Assembly: GCA_032250835.1 (NCBI GenBank) | Contig: JAVVEA010000002.1 | Coordinates: 246,596-310,595 of the forward strand | Direction: 5' to 3' | DNA from: a bacterium | GTDB lineage: Bacteria; SAR324; XYD2-FULL-50-16 | Length of the DNA: 64,000 nt | Position numbers and translations under genes: made by a program | Notes under the pieces: model-generated | The model's database searches: none | The model's input: only the letters and a program-made list of their open reading frames with translations | Told to the model about the DNA's origin: nothing | Shown here: piece after piece, positions 28,239 to 39,301 of the stretch | How positions within the stretch are numbered: the first letter of the stretch is position 1 | How the letters are laid out: each line of letters begins with the position of its first letter

Positions 28239-29206
28239 ATCGGTTATGGGTTTGGGCCTTGCTCAGCTTGGTAGGCTGGTGGCTGAGCTGCTTTTTACAA
28301 AATTATCTTGATCGCTATTTACCTTCGGCCTATCAGCCCAGCGCGATCCAAGGCATGACCTTTTACTTTCCCTTGCACGGAAACCTAGAAAACCAACTGG
28401 GCGGAGTCGTCCAATTAACCAGTGAATTTCCGGCCCAATGGCGCGACGGGGGCCTGTGGTTAAATCAGCGCAATAGTTCCACGGCTCAGCTTCAAGGCTT
28501 GGAACTGGAAGCTTTTGATCGGACCTACAGTCTTTCTTTTTGGGTCCAACTGTCAAAGGAGCATTTTTTAATCGACCGAAGACCATGGAGCGGCACCGGA
28601 AATTTTAACTTATTTTTCGTGGGCCACCAAAAGCAGCCGGAACAAGCCCAGCTTGAAATATACTTTAATAACTATTCCAGTGAGATAGAAGTGGCTAGCG
28701 CCGCTTTGAAGGAGGCCGAACCAATGGTTTTGGGCTATGATTTTAAAGCCAGCCAATATGCCGTGCATTTTTTATTGGTACGCCAATCAGAGGAGATGCA
28801 AGTTTATCTAAACGGTCAGTTGACCCGCAGCCTTCCTTTAGAGCTTAAGACTCAGGCTCGTAGCGCCGAGGTGGCCCTGATTGGGGCGGCGGGTAGCCAT
28901 GCTGGCGGACGCTTCACGACGGCGGAGTGGGCCTTCTTTGACCGACCTTTAGGGCCCGAAGTGGCGCAGCAGCTTTTTGAGCAGTTCAAACAGCAAGGGC
29001 AACGTCAAGGAAATCCACTCATGGATTGGTTGTTTTCGCGCCAGTTCAGCGGCCCTGCTGGGCCTTGGTTTAAGACCCCCACTTGGGCTTGGGGGCTGTG
29101 GTTGCCCTTGTATCTCCTGACGCTTGCGGTTACGCTGGTCTTTTGGGTCCGTTGGATTCCTTGGTTATTATGGCTGCTGAGCGACGAACGTGAGTCCCAG
29201 TTCTGA
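28223..29206 (+). CDS. Membrane-anchored LamG/concanavalin A-like domain protein
   Basis: YSLSFWV, VYLNGQL, FFDRPL...VAQQLF pattern; N- and C-terminal TM segments. Confidence 0.55.
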   Translation: MLRKLDRLWVWALLSLVGWWLSCFLQNYLDRYLPSAYQPSAIQGMTFYFPLHGNLENQLGGVVQLTSEFPAQWRDGGLWLNQRNSSTAQLQGLELEAFDRTYSLSFWVQLSKEHFLIDRRPWSGTGNFNLFFVGHQKQPEQAQLEIYFNNYSSEIEVASAALKEAEPMVLGYDFKASQYAVHFLLVRQSEEMQVYLNGQLTRSLPLELKTQARSAEVALIGAAGSHAGGRFTTAEWAFFDRPLGPEVAQQLFEQFKQQGQRQGNPLMDWLFSRQFSGPAGPWFKTPTWAWGLWLPLYLLTLAVTLVFWVRWIPWLLWLLSDERESQF

Positions 29207-30518
29207 AACAAACCCTCTGCCCAGGTCCGTTGTGGAAACTCCCCAATACCACCGTCATTATCACGATATCCACCGAGAAGTTTATGCCCGGCCCTTTCCG
29301 GTCCTTTCGGCTCCGGTGGTGGTCACACAGTTGACGCTGTTACAAGACCGCCTGACCAAAGATATTGAGTGGGACCACTTAGTCCAGCTTTGCCGCGCCA
29401 TGGGGGTGCCTGAGCCGCCGGACCAGCGCAGCTACCACGGTAATTTTGGGGAATTTCATTTACACTGGCAGCGGCACCTAGAATTTTCCACCTACCAGTT
29501 GGTTTTGCCTCATGACGGCAGCGGTAGTGACCGGACGGCCTTGGAATTTCTACCTGAAGGTTGGCTGAGGGATTTGCCGGGCGAGATGGTCGGTGCGGTG
29601 CATGTGATGGTCGAGGACTATGAGGCCGAAGCAACGACGCCCGGTCGTTTGGCGGAACGTTTGGGCACGGTTGCGCCGATGGGCGCTCAGGTACGAGAGC
29701 GGCAGGCCTTGGCTTGGAGTAACTTTGTGCCAGACGAACAGGGTTTTACCCGTTACTTGATCCAAACCAAAAAGCTGAGCCCCGCCCAGACCGGCCGTTT
29801 GACCCAGCGGATTTTGGAACTGGAAACTTACCGCCTGTTGGCCCTGTTGGCTCTACCGGTGATCAAGCAGATGAGCGAGACGCTTGATGGCATGGAATAT
29901 AGCATGCTGCTAGTCAGCGACCACATCCAGCGAATCTTCACCGCCGAAGACCAAAAGAGCTTATTGGCTAAGTTGAGTGCCGAAGCGGCTCGCTTAGAGG
30001 TCCTGCGTTCCCACGACTACCGCTTTAGTGCCGCCCATGCCTATTTTGAGCTCACCGAAGAGCGTTTAGAAGAACTCAAGCAAGAAAAGCTGGCGGGAAT
30101 CTTAACCTTTAGTGAGTTCCTCAACCGCCGTATGGTCCCCGCTCGGCGCACCTTGCGGCACACCCAGCGCCGCATCAACGATCTAATCCAACGGATCGGC
30201 CACGCCCGAGAGCTGTTGCAAACCAACATCAGCTTGACCATTGAAGAGCAAAATCAGGAGCTATTGCTCAGCATGGAGAAACGTAGCCACTTGCAGTTGC
30301 GGCTGCAAGAAGCGGTCGAGGGCCTGTCGATTGCCGCGATCAGCTACTACATGGTGAGCTTGGTCAAATACCTATTTTCCGCCTTTAAGAGCATGGGCAT
30401 CCCGATCAATAAAGACCTAGCTACGGGCATTGCGGTGCCCTTGGTGATTTTTACGGTTTGGTTTGCGATCCATAAGATCAAGAAACACGTGTTGACCGAC
30501 GAAGAAGAAGCCCACTAG
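29190..30518 (+). CDS. DUF3422 family membrane-anchored protein
   Basis: EVYARPF, WQRHLEFSTY, GRLTQRILELETYR, QLRLQEAVEGLSIAAISYY. Confidence 0.88.
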   Translation: MSPSSETNPLPRSVVETPQYHRHYHDIHREVYARPFPVLSAPVVVTQLTLLQDRLTKDIEWDHLVQLCRAMGVPEPPDQRSYHGNFGEFHLHWQRHLEFSTYQLVLPHDGSGSDRTALEFLPEGWLRDLPGEMVGAVHVMVEDYEAEATTPGRLAERLGTVAPMGAQVRERQALAWSNFVPDEQGFTRYLIQTKKLSPAQTGRLTQRILELETYRLLALLALPVIKQMSETLDGMEYSMLLVSDHIQRIFTAEDQKSLLAKLSAEAARLEVLRSHDYRFSAAHAYFELTEERLEELKQEKLAGILTFSEFLNRRMVPARRTLRHTQRRINDLIQRIGHARELLQTNISLTIEEQNQELLLSMEKRSHLQLRLQEAVEGLSIAAISYYMVSLVKYLFSAFKSMGIPINKDLATGIAVPLVIFTVWFAIHKIKKHVLTDEEEAH

Positions 30519-30560
30519 CCCCAAGGGGCTTGCCACTGCCTGCTTCAGCCCATGGACTAC

Positions 30561-30609
30561 CCGCCGAACCTTGGGTCTTACTTAAGACCCTAATACTTCG
30601 GGCGGTTTT
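30561..30609 (+). terminator. Long hairpin/terminator after the DUF3422 gene
   Basis: CCGCCGAA..GGGTCTTA-CT-TAAGACCC..TTCGGGCGG followed by TTTT. Confidence 0.5.
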
Positions 30610-30764
30610 AGGGCGTCTCGAAGGTCCTGTGGCCCATCTTTAGGTTTGGCTCCTGCTAGTTTTATTAGGCTATGTAAAGCATCACTTGTAGACTGTACGT
30701 GGGTGGGGTACCATATCAAGAGGTGTCTTTATAGTTGCGAGCCGAACACATCAAGGGGGAGTTG

Positions 30765-32642
30765 ATGGCGAAGCAAGACCCAGCCGGTCGTTTGGGGTTG
30801 GCGGCGGAAATCCTAGATCTTTGCGAAGAATGCGTGGCCATTTATCAGGTGGTTGGCGCAGGTGAGGATTTTATCTTCAAGGGCCTCAACGAGACGGCCC
30901 AGGCGGCTGAAGGGTTCAAGGAAGCCGAACTGTTGGGCCGTTCGGTCTTAGAGGCTTTTCCGGGCATTAAAGACATGGGCTTGTTGCCCGTTTTTAAGCG
31001 GGTGGCCTTGAGCGGGAAAGCTGAGGTTTACCCCTTGGCTTTGTACCAAGATGACCGCTTAACGGGCTGGCGTGAAAACCGGGTCTTCCGCTTGGCATCT
31101 GGCGATATTGTGGCCATCTATAAAGACGTGACGCTCAACCAACAGCTTGATGAGCAGGTCAAACACCTGATCCGCTACCCCGAACAGAACCCCTATCCGG
31201 TGATGCGTTTTGATCGGGACGGTTATTTGATCTACGCCAACCCAGTCGCGACCAGACTTTTAGGCGATCTGCATGTCCATACTGGCGAGCAATGCGAGGC
31301 CTTTGATCCGGCCATCAAGACGGCATTGCAAGAATCGGAGCGCCAATCCATAGAAATGCGTCTGGGTGGTCTGGATTTCCTTTTTGCCTTGGTGCCCGTA
31401 GAAGATGGTGCCTACGTAAACGCCTATGGGGTGGACATCACCGAACGTAAAGCCTACGAACGTGAATTGGTCCGCGCCCGCGAATTGGCCGATGAGGCCA
31501 ATCGAGCTAAGTCCTTGTTTTTGGCTAACATGAGCCACGAAATCCGCACCCCCATGAATGGCATCATTGGGATGTCTTCACTGCTGATGCGCACCTCGCT
31601 GGACGAAAAGCAGCGCTCTTTCCTAGAGGACGTGATCCAGTCAGGCGACAACCTATTGGAATTGATTGATAATATCCTGGACTTTTCTAAAGTCGAGGCC
31701 GACAAACTGGACTTAAGCCCCGCTGCTTTTGAATTGCCGCTCTTTGTGGAGCGGACGGTGGCCATGTTGCTGCCCGTCGCCAAAAAAGCGCAGGTCAATA
31801 TCCAGGTTCATATTGAGCCCCAAGCCTTCTTATGGGTCGAAACCGACGAATTGAGGCTGCGTCAGGTGCTCAATAACCTACTGGGCAACGCCATCAAATT
31901 TTCTCACCAAGGTTCGCAGGTCCATCTTGGGGTCCGCTTGGCGGCTAGCGGAGGCGGCTATCTGCAATTGCAGTTCTCCGTTCAAGACTGGGGTATTGGC
32001 ATTGCTCAAGAACACCAACAGGGCATCTTCGAGCAGTTCACCCAAGTGGACAGTTCGGCAACGCGTCGCTATTCGGGCACCGGTTTGGGCTTGGCGCTGG
32101 TCAAGCGTTTGAGCGAACTGTTGGGAGGTAAGGTCTGGTTAGAGAGCAAACTGGGTGAAGGGTCCACCTTTCACTTTACCATCACCGCCCGGGATCTGGG
32201 TTGGACCGACCATCCCGCAGATTGGCAGCCCAGCCCCAAACCTTCGTTGGCGGTGCCGGTGGAACATTTGGCAGCCAAGGTGCCGCTGAAAATTTTGGTT
32301 GCTGAAGATAACCTATTGAATCAGCGTATGTTGGCCGAATGTCTGCACGATCTGGGCTACCATCCCGAACTGGTAGAGTCCGGCAAGAAAGCCTTGCAGC
32401 GCTTGAGTGAAGCAGAGTTTGATTTGGTGTTGATGGATATCCAGATGCCTGAGATGGACGGGCTTGAGGTGGTCCGGCGTTACCGCGCCATGGGGCGTGA
32501 AAGGTATCCTCATATCGTGGCGGTGACCGCCAACGCGCTTAAAGGCGACCGGGAACGTTTTCTGGCCCAAGGAATGGATGATTACCTCTCTAAGCCGGTA
32601 CGCCCCAACGCTCTGGCTCAACTGATCCGCCGGCTGGTCTAG
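30765..32642 (+). CDS. Cytoplasmic hybrid sensor kinase (PAS-PAS-HisKA-HATPase-REC)
   Basis: [44 protein letters not shown]. Confidence 0.92.
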   Translation: MAKQDPAGRLGLAAEILDLCEECVAIYQVVGAGEDFIFKGLNETAQAAEGFKEAELLGRSVLEAFPGIKDMGLLPVFKRVALSGKAEVYPLALYQDDRLTGWRENRVFRLASGDIVAIYKDVTLNQQLDEQVKHLIRYPEQNPYPVMRFDRDGYLIYANPVATRLLGDLHVHTGEQCEAFDPAIKTALQESERQSIEMRLGGLDFLFALVPVEDGAYVNAYGVDITERKAYERELVRARELADEANRAKSLFLANMSHEIRTPMNGIIGMSSLLMRTSLDEKQRSFLEDVIQSGDNLLELIDNILDFSKVEADKLDLSPAAFELPLFVERTVAMLLPVAKKAQVNIQVHIEPQAFLWVETDELRLRQVLNNLLGNAIKFSHQGSQVHLGVRLAASGGGYLQLQFSVQDWGIGIAQEHQQGIFEQFTQVDSSATRRYSGTGLGLALVKRLSELLGGKVWLESKLGEGSTFHFTITARDLGWTDHPADWQPSPKPSLAVPVEHLAAKVPLKILVAEDNLLNQRMLAECLHDLGYHPELVESGKKALQRLSEAEFDLVLMDIQMPEMDGLEVVRRYRAMGRERYPHIVAVTANALKGDRERFLAQGMDDYLSKPVRPNALAQLIRRLV

Positions 32643-32717
32643 GGCTGGCCAAAGCCTGGAGTGGGGTTTATATTGTTAGCCAGACCCCAGCCCGGCAAAC
32701 CTTCTTTCGCACAGGCC

Positions 32718-33185
32718 ATGACACCCATCGGAACCATCCACTCGCCCTATTTTGAAATCAGCAATATGCCGGTCCAGCCGCGCGGAGCCCAAACGGTAGA
32801 AGGACGCGTGGTGGTGGAGGCGGAATTCGAAGCCGGGCTCAAAGACCTAGAGGGCTTCAGCCATCTTTACCTGATCTATCAATTCCATTTAGCCCAAAAG
32901 ACCCAGCTGTCGGTGGTCCCTTTTTTAGATCCCGAACCGCGCGGCGTCTTCGCCACCCGTAGCCCGCTGCGGCCGAACCATATTGGTCTTTCGGTGGTTG
33001 AGCTGCTGGAGGTGAAGGGGTGCGAGCTGTTGATCCGCGGGGTGGACGTCTTAGACGGTACCCCCCTATTGGACCTAAAACCTTACATTGCCGCCTTTGA
33101 CCAAGTGGGCCAAAGCCGCTCGGGCTGGATGAAGGCTAGTGCCGACGAAGTGGCCGCCATGCGCTCCGATGAGCGCTTTGGTTAA
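32718..33185 (+). CDS. tsaA: tRNA m6t6A37 methyltransferase TrmO/TsaA
   Basis: PIGTIHSP, GVFATRSPLRPNHIGLS, DVLDGTPLLDLKPY. Confidence 0.9.
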   Translation: MTPIGTIHSPYFEISNMPVQPRGAQTVEGRVVVEAEFEAGLKDLEGFSHLYLIYQFHLAQKTQLSVVPFLDPEPRGVFATRSPLRPNHIGLSVVELLEVKGCELLIRGVDVLDGTPLLDLKPYIAAFDQVGQSRSGWMKASADEVAAMRSDERFG

Positions 33186-33481
33186 CTAGAAAAGGCCGCC
33201 AGCAGGGTGACCGCCGCGACCGAAGGACTGAAGTAGGTCTGCTTGACCTCAAGGTACCGGGGGTCGCTGAAGAAAGCGTCGTGTTTTGTTTGATCCGGAA
33301 AGACCAGCATAAAGACCCGGTTGATCGGCTCCGGGGTTTGGCTTTGAAGGACCTGCTCGATGGTGAAGTCATAGGCGAAAGCACCACCATATTCGGCTAA
33401 AAAAGGGGCCATGGCAGCGCGGTATTGGGCGTAGATCGCTTGATCCGAAACCATCAGCCCCATCAATCGGTTAAAGGACAT
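33182..33481 (-). CDS. DUF1330 family protein
   Basis: YAQYRAAMAPFLAEYGG, FPD...AFFSDPRY. Confidence 0.8.
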   Translation of the reverse strand: MSFNRLMGLMVSDQAIYAQYRAAMAPFLAEYGGAFAYDFTIEQVLQSQTPEPINRVFMLVFPDQTKHDAFFSDPRYLEVKQTYFSPSVAAVTLLAAFSS

Positions 33482-33539
33482 AAGCTCGCTGCGTTTAGGG
33501 TTCAGCCTAGTTTAATCCTCCCATTAACGGCAGGTCAAG

Positions 33540-34343
33540 TCAGGCCTCATGCCGCTTGATCCAGGCTCGCTCCACCGATTTTTGCAGTTTGTCGTGGTCT
33601 GCCGTATGTTGGCCCGAGACTTTAAGTCGGTCGAAGTAGCTGTCCAACAGTTTTTTTTCCGCCTCGTTGAGCGTGGGCATCACTTCGTCGAAATTATCGC
33701 GTAACTTGACCAGCAGAGGGCCGGGCTGGCGGGTCTCGCGCTGTACCATGGCCTTGATTAAGGCGGGTTGTTTGCTGTCTTTTTTGGCCTTTTCTAAGAT
33801 CTTCAAGGCAAACTCGCGTTCGGCAAAGATTTTACCCACCAGGACCATCACCGTATTTTGGTCGGTCATGCTGGCTTTACCGTCGAGGATCACAAAGGCG
33901 TTGCGCACGTCTTTTTTGCCCAACAGGGTCCGCAGCAGGCTCTGGTGCAGTTCGATCACCGCCGTTCCCTTAGGCAATTCCTTCCAACTAGAACCCAACA
34001 ACCAAACGTCGCGGTTCTGTCCCATCTTGATGCGCTGGTGGCGGATCTTTTCTTTAAGGACTAAATAGCTGTTTTCTTTCATGTCCAAGATAGAGCGCAG
34101 CCCCACGTCCAGGTTCTCGCGCCGCCGAGAGAACTCAACGCCCTTTTTTAGTAACTTGTTGGAGTCCCGCTGGGTGTTGGTGACTAGCCCGACATAATAC
34201 CACTTGCGCAGCAATAGGTAATGCAAGGCGTTCATCGCCTCATTCCAGTTGCGGGTGATCGGCAATTCGTGGGTGAAGCCTTGACCAAGGTCGGCCCCTT
34301 CCAAGTCGTGGATGCTTGGGCCTAAGTGATTGGGTATGGCCAT
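33540..34343 (-). CDS. Hypothetical protein
   Basis: 267-aa ORF with GGAGG RBS; no family recognised. Confidence 0.7.
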   Translation of the reverse strand: MAIPNHLGPSIHDLEGADLGQGFTHELPITRNWNEAMNALHYLLLRKWYYVGLVTNTQRDSNKLLKKGVEFSRRRENLDVGLRSILDMKENSYLVLKEKIRHQRIKMGQNRDVWLLGSSWKELPKGTAVIELHQSLLRTLLGKKDVRNAFVILDGKASMTDQNTVMVLVGKIFAEREFALKILEKAKKDSKQPALIKAMVQRETRQPGPLLVKLRDNFDEVMPTLNEAEKKLLDSYFDRLKVSGQHTADHDKLQKSVERAWIKRHEA

Positions 34344-34520
34344 CTTTCCTCCAGGTTGGGGTCTTAGCGTTCAGCGAGAGTCATTTTCCGCTACTTTCTC
34401 TTGCGGGGGGAATGAACTCTAGGGAACTAACCCTAACATGCAGTGGGGTGCTTTTGGAAGGGGAATTTTAGGGCAATCCTCTAAGTAAAGGCATTTACAA
34501 AGGATTTTCAAGGGGCTGGG

Positions 34521-36458
34521 TCAGGAAGTTTCCTGAGGTGGGCGGCTCGGCAAAGTGAACCAAAACTGACTTCCTTCGCCGAGCTGCGATTTTACCCCTA
34601 AGCTGCCGTGATTCTTGTCGATAAATTCCTTCACCAAGATCAACCCCATTCCGGTGCCCGGCTCTTCTTCGGTACCGGGTTGGGAACTCATTTTGGCTTC
34701 GACCTTAAAGAGCTTCGCTTGAACCTGAGGGTCCATACCTAAACCCTTATCGGCGACCCAGCATTTCATTACCGGGCCCTGGATTTCAGCACTCAAGGTG
34801 ATTTGGCCTCCCTTAGGGGTGTATTTTATGGCGTTAGACACAAGGTTTCGCAGTACCGTGTTGGCCATTGAAGGGTCTGCCCAGACTGGCAGTTTTTCGG
34901 GTAGCTGATAAACCAACTCAATTTGTTTGGCCTGGGCGACTGGTTCCAAGACTCGGCGGACCTCGTTGAAAATTAGGTTAAAGTCGAACTCCACGGGGGC
35001 TGGTGCCATCCTCTCAGACTGGCTAGCCGCCCAGGTCAATAAGTTTTCGATCAACCGAGAGAGGTTAGATAGGTAATTTCGGGTCATCAGAAACAGCCGG
35101 TCGTCTAGTTCTGAGGCCTTTTGTAAATGTTCGTTAAAAAGCGTTGATAGGTTGTTGATTGGGCCGCGGAGGTCGTGGCTGATCAGTGAAAAAAACTTGT
35201 TTTTGCTTTGGTTGGCTTCGTTGAGTTGGGCGGTGCGCTCGTTCACCTGGACTTCCAACTGGCTGGCGTATTGGCTGGTTTGCTCTAAAAGTTGGTGGCT
35301 CAATTGCAGAATGCGGCTCGCAATGGCCAAACCAAAGAGGCTCATTTCAATGAGACTGGCCCATTGCAGGGCATCACTGGCTTCGTAAATTTCGAGGTCA
35401 GGCAGCCAGACCCGACAAGCTAATAACAAGATGCTCACCATCAGCGGAGACCAGGCAATTGTATAAATCTTGGCTTCCCGGATGCCGCGCTTGGCTAGAT
35501 ATACGGCGAGCCCAAACATCCACAGACTGACCAATATACCGACCATACTGGTGGCCGTCATGGCCTGGCCAAAGCCCAAAAACCCAGAAAATAGGCTCAA
35601 ACCGGTCAGTACAAGGTACCAAAATCGCTGAACCCAACGGACTTGAGGGATGTGCCGGTTAAGCCCAATAAACTCCCCGCCGAAAACCAAGATACCCAAG
35701 AGGGCGTATATCGAAATCACCAGCGTACTGACCGCGGTAAACTGGGGCCAATGGGGCCATAGATACAGTCTACCCAAGCCGTTGTAGTTGGTGATAAAGA
35801 GCGTGATGCCGCTCAAATAAAACAAGTAGTAGTAGAGTGTTTTTTCGCGCAGCAACAAGGCCATCATCCCGACAAACAAAAAGAGCAACACAAAACCCCC
35901 TAACAACAAGCCCCAGCGCAATAAACGGGCTTGATTGTAATTGGCGTAAGCTTGTGCTTCCCATAAAACCAACGAAACCTCCATCAATTGCCAAGTTTCA
36001 AAGCGCAGGTAGATCTCGTGGGACAAACCGGGTTCAAGGGTTAGGGGCAACGCTTGGCTGGCAGTGTGCAGAGTTACTCGCTCTGGGGGGAGTTGGTTGC
36101 CGCCCTCTAGGTGGACCACGCCGCTGGGGGTCGGTTGGTAAAGGTCTAGTTGCTGGACGAGCCAGAGTTTTTGTTCTAAGACCCAGTCGCGGGTTAGGCC
36201 GGGGGCTAGGTCGAGTTTCAGTCGGATCCAGAGCGCAGGCGAGTCAAACCCTAGGCTCCATACGTCGGTGTGGCTTTGTGGGGTATGCTTAGTGAACGGG
36301 AGTGCACGCACCTCTTCAAAAGACAGGCGTTTACCTTGTTCAAATCGGTACTCTAGGCCGTTCATCAAACGGGTCTGGGGCCCCGAGATCTGGACCGCCC
36401 CAAGGGCAGGCTCAGTGAAAAGGAAGAAAACCGTTAAGAAAGGTAAGAGAACGTTCAA
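34521..36458 (-). CDS. 7TM-DISM sensor histidine kinase (no receiver)
   Basis: DISM extracellular domain (SLGF...LWIRL), 7 TMs, ISHDLRGPI, NLVSNAIKY, GTGMGL; start uncertain, TTG near 36458 chosen to avoid overlap. Confidence 0.85.
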   Translation of the reverse strand: MNVLLPFLTVFFLFTEPALGAVQISGPQTRLMNGLEYRFEQGKRLSFEEVRALPFTKHTPQSHTDVWSLGFDSPALWIRLKLDLAPGLTRDWVLEQKLWLVQQLDLYQPTPSGVVHLEGGNQLPPERVTLHTASQALPLTLEPGLSHEIYLRFETWQLMEVSLVLWEAQAYANYNQARLLRWGLLLGGFVLLFLFVGMMALLLREKTLYYYLFYLSGITLFITNYNGLGRLYLWPHWPQFTAVSTLVISIYALLGILVFGGEFIGLNRHIPQVRWVQRFWYLVLTGLSLFSGFLGFGQAMTATSMVGILVSLWMFGLAVYLAKRGIREAKIYTIAWSPLMVSILLLACRVWLPDLEIYEASDALQWASLIEMSLFGLAIASRILQLSHQLLEQTSQYASQLEVQVNERTAQLNEANQSKNKFFSLISHDLRGPINNLSTLFNEHLQKASELDDRLFLMTRNYLSNLSRLIENLLTWAASQSERMAPAPVEFDFNLIFNEVRRVLEPVAQAKQIELVYQLPEKLPVWADPSMANTVLRNLVSNAIKYTPKGGQITLSAEIQGPVMKCWVADKGLGMDPQVQAKLFKVEAKMSSQPGTEEEPGTGMGLILVKEFIDKNHGSLGVKSQLGEGSQFWFTLPSRPPQETS

Positions 36459-36616
36459 GCAATTCCCCGAAAATTTTTCCGCTAGTTTAACCGAATTAGC
36501 TTGAGCTGTCAGCAACGGCAGGGAGCGAATTGGCAAAGGGCCACGCAACCAACTGAGAGGTATTGAAGGGGGAAGTACCCAGAGGTTCAGGGTCCCAAAA
36601 CATCGCGCAGGTAAAA

Positions 36617-39046
36617 CTAAACTTCTTGCTCCGGGGCGGTTAAGCCTGTAGATCCGGTCCCCAAGGCAAATCGGTCGCCCAACCAATCGAGCAACGCCAT
36701 TTCTAATGGCTCCAACCGGACCGGCTTGGACAAGAGGTCGTTGGCCCCTGATTCTTGGCATTGGGACACCGGGGGGTCCGTCTTGGGGTTGCGCATCATG
36801 ATGATGATCAGTTCCTTTTGCCCCGGTAGGGCGCGGATCGCCTCGCTGGCGACCAAGCCGTCCATCACGGGCATACTGCAATCGATCAACAACAGGTCAA
36901 AGGTTTGCCGGCTACAAAGATGTAGGGCCTCTTGTCCGGTTGTGCAGCTTTGGATATCTAATCGGTGGCGGCTTAAATAAGAGAGCAATATCTTGCGGCT
37001 AATCCGGTCGTCTTCGGCGACCAATACCTTGGGCAGACGTGTTGATTCGTCCAGTTCGTGCTGCGCGAAAATGGGTACCTGATAGCTATCTTCAAGACTC
37101 TCTAAAGTGACTTCAAAATAGGCCTGCGTCCCCTTACCTAACTGACTTTCAAGCCAAAGCCGCCCCCCCATCAACTCGGCCAACTGAGAGGCCAAGGTTA
37201 GGCCCAACCCGGCGCCACCGAAGGATTTCCGGGTGGAAAGGTCGGCTTGGTTGAAGGGGGTAAAGAGCCCAGATATCTTTTCTGGCGCGATGCCGATCCC
37301 TCGGTCGCTGACCTTAAAGAGCAGCTTCCAGTGATTTTCAACGGCGAATTCGCCGCTAACCATTAGCTCTACCGGTCCGTGGTTACTGAATTTGATGGCG
37401 TTGCTTAGCAGGTTGCCCAGGACTTGTTGGAGGTGCCGCAAGTCTCCGTTTAAATGTTTGGGTAAGGTCTCGGCGACCTCAAATTTTAGCTCTATGCCCT
37501 TTTCTAAAGCTGCCGGGGTGAAAAGCGCAATGGACTGCTCGAGCGCCTCAGTTAAGGAAAAGGGTGCTTGGTTGGTCGGCATCCGCCCCTTTTGGACCGC
37601 CGAAAGATCCAAGATGTCGCAGATGATGTCTAACAATCCATGACTAGATTGGCTTAAAATTTGGAGCAGTTCGTCTTGCTCTGGGTCCAAGCCAGTGCCT
37701 TGGAGCGCTTCAGCAACGCCGATGATCCCGTTCAGCGGCGTGCGCAATTCGTGGCTCATGTTGTTCAAAAATTCGCCCCGGGCCCGGTCGGTTTCTTTGA
37801 GCTGGGCGATCAATTCGCGTTGGGCGGCGGTTTTTTCCTGTTCTGATTCGAGCAGGCGCAGGCGAGTGCCGTTGAAACGGTCGGCTATGGCTAGGCTAAG
37901 CAGGAGGATCTCCAATCCAGAACCGAACAACATCCCGTGGCGCACCAAAAAAACGGGCGGTAACAGACCCATGGCCTTGAGGCTATATAAAACAATGCCC
38001 AACAAAAAAAGACTCCACCCGGCCAGATAAAAACGGGCCGCGCGGTTGCCTTGCCAGAATCGTTGTAAACCAACGCCAAAAGCCACCGCCGCCGCCGGTA
38101 TGCTGAGGAGTACCGATCCTTGGATGGCCCAGGAAAAGGGCCCCAAGAGCGACAGCAAAACCACCGTTCCGCCCAGCCCGATGACCCAACCCAATAGGCG
38201 GTCTAGCCAACTCCGCTCATCGCCCATCAAGGACTTGATGAAAGCGCCCACGAAGACGATGGTCAAGCCCACGTTGAGCGGGCGGGCCAGCTTATTCCAT
38301 TGGGGCCAGTCGGGCCAAAAGTATTCAAAGGCATAGCCCGTCAAGGTGGCCACCACGAGGCTAAAACTGACCACATAGGCCACATAATAAAGGTATATCC
38401 GCTCTCGGTTCAGCAAGAAGAGGATCGAGTTAAATAACGCCATCACCAGCACCATGCCAAAATACAGCCCCATGCCCAACTGCTCGATCCGGTCGTCGCG
38501 GTAGAAGTCCTCTGGGAGTTGCAGGCTCAACGGGATTTCTAGGGTATCGCGGCTTTGGACTCGGAGGTAGACAACGATCGATTCGTTCGGCGCTAAATGC
38601 AGCGGGAAGACAAACTGGTGGTGGGGTAAGGGGCGCTCCTTAAAGGGGCGGGCATCGCCGGTGTGCGCTTGAAACTGGATTCCTTCGGGGCCGACAAAAT
38701 AGACTTGCAGGTCGTCGATCAAAGGGTAGGCAAAGACCAACCGCCAGTCGCTGGGGCTGTCTTGCCCATTTTTCAAAGGCAATCTGGCCCAATAGACCGA
38801 GTCGGTAAACCCAAAGTTGGGCGTACCATTGACCTGAAAGAAACGACCTCCAAGCTCCGCTTGGCGGACTTGGTCTAAGGTAAGGTTGCCTTGGGGGTCC
38901 TCTAGGACTTCCAAACTCCCGCTGAGGTCGCTCACCGAGTGAATCCCCAGCCAGAGCGGCTCGGACCGGAGGTTTCCGGCGTAGGCCGTTAAGGCGAAGA
39001 GAACCAGTAGGAAGATATTAAAGCTTTTTGGCAGAAATCCCGTCAT
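36617..39046 (-). CDS. 7TM-DISM hybrid sensor kinase with receiver
   Basis: NFGFTDSVYWARL, 7 TMs, MSHELRTPLNG, NLLSNAIKF, DLLLIDCSMPVMDG. Confidence 0.9.
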   Translation of the reverse strand: MTGFLPKSFNIFLLVLFALTAYAGNLRSEPLWLGIHSVSDLSGSLEVLEDPQGNLTLDQVRQAELGGRFFQVNGTPNFGFTDSVYWARLPLKNGQDSPSDWRLVFAYPLIDDLQVYFVGPEGIQFQAHTGDARPFKERPLPHHQFVFPLHLAPNESIVVYLRVQSRDTLEIPLSLQLPEDFYRDDRIEQLGMGLYFGMVLVMALFNSILFLLNRERIYLYYVAYVVSFSLVVATLTGYAFEYFWPDWPQWNKLARPLNVGLTIVFVGAFIKSLMGDERSWLDRLLGWVIGLGGTVVLLSLLGPFSWAIQGSVLLSIPAAAVAFGVGLQRFWQGNRAARFYLAGWSLFLLGIVLYSLKAMGLLPPVFLVRHGMLFGSGLEILLLSLAIADRFNGTRLRLLESEQEKTAAQRELIAQLKETDRARGEFLNNMSHELRTPLNGIIGVAEALQGTGLDPEQDELLQILSQSSHGLLDIICDILDLSAVQKGRMPTNQAPFSLTEALEQSIALFTPAALEKGIELKFEVAETLPKHLNGDLRHLQQVLGNLLSNAIKFSNHGPVELMVSGEFAVENHWKLLFKVSDRGIGIAPEKISGLFTPFNQADLSTRKSFGGAGLGLTLASQLAELMGGRLWLESQLGKGTQAYFEVTLESLEDSYQVPIFAQHELDESTRLPKVLVAEDDRISRKILLSYLSRHRLDIQSCTTGQEALHLCSRQTFDLLLIDCSMPVMDGLVASEAIRALPGQKELIIIMMRNPKTDPPVSQCQESGANDLLSKPVRLEPLEMALLDWLGDRFALGTGSTGLTAPEQEV

Positions 39047-39301
39047 TTGCTCAAACAGAAAGGAATATGGATCAAACTGAGAGCTACAACTCCCTCGAGG
39101 AATTAGTCTACGGGTTTTAAAGGGCTCAATCTACGCAAATTTTTGTTAAAAACTACCGGCCCCCGCTCTGCCCCTTAACTAGGCTCAAGCAGCTAGGTAG
39201 ACCCGATCTTTAAGGCGGGTTTTGATTGCTTAAAGTATTAGTTACATTGGTGTAGATTAGTTGATACAATCAGGGCGAGGGGTAAACCGAAAGGAGAAGA
39301 A

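Noticed and set aside
36459-36881. N-terminal 140 aa of ORF 34521-36881
   Set aside because: Overlaps the upstream kinase gene in another frame and precedes the signal-peptide-like segment
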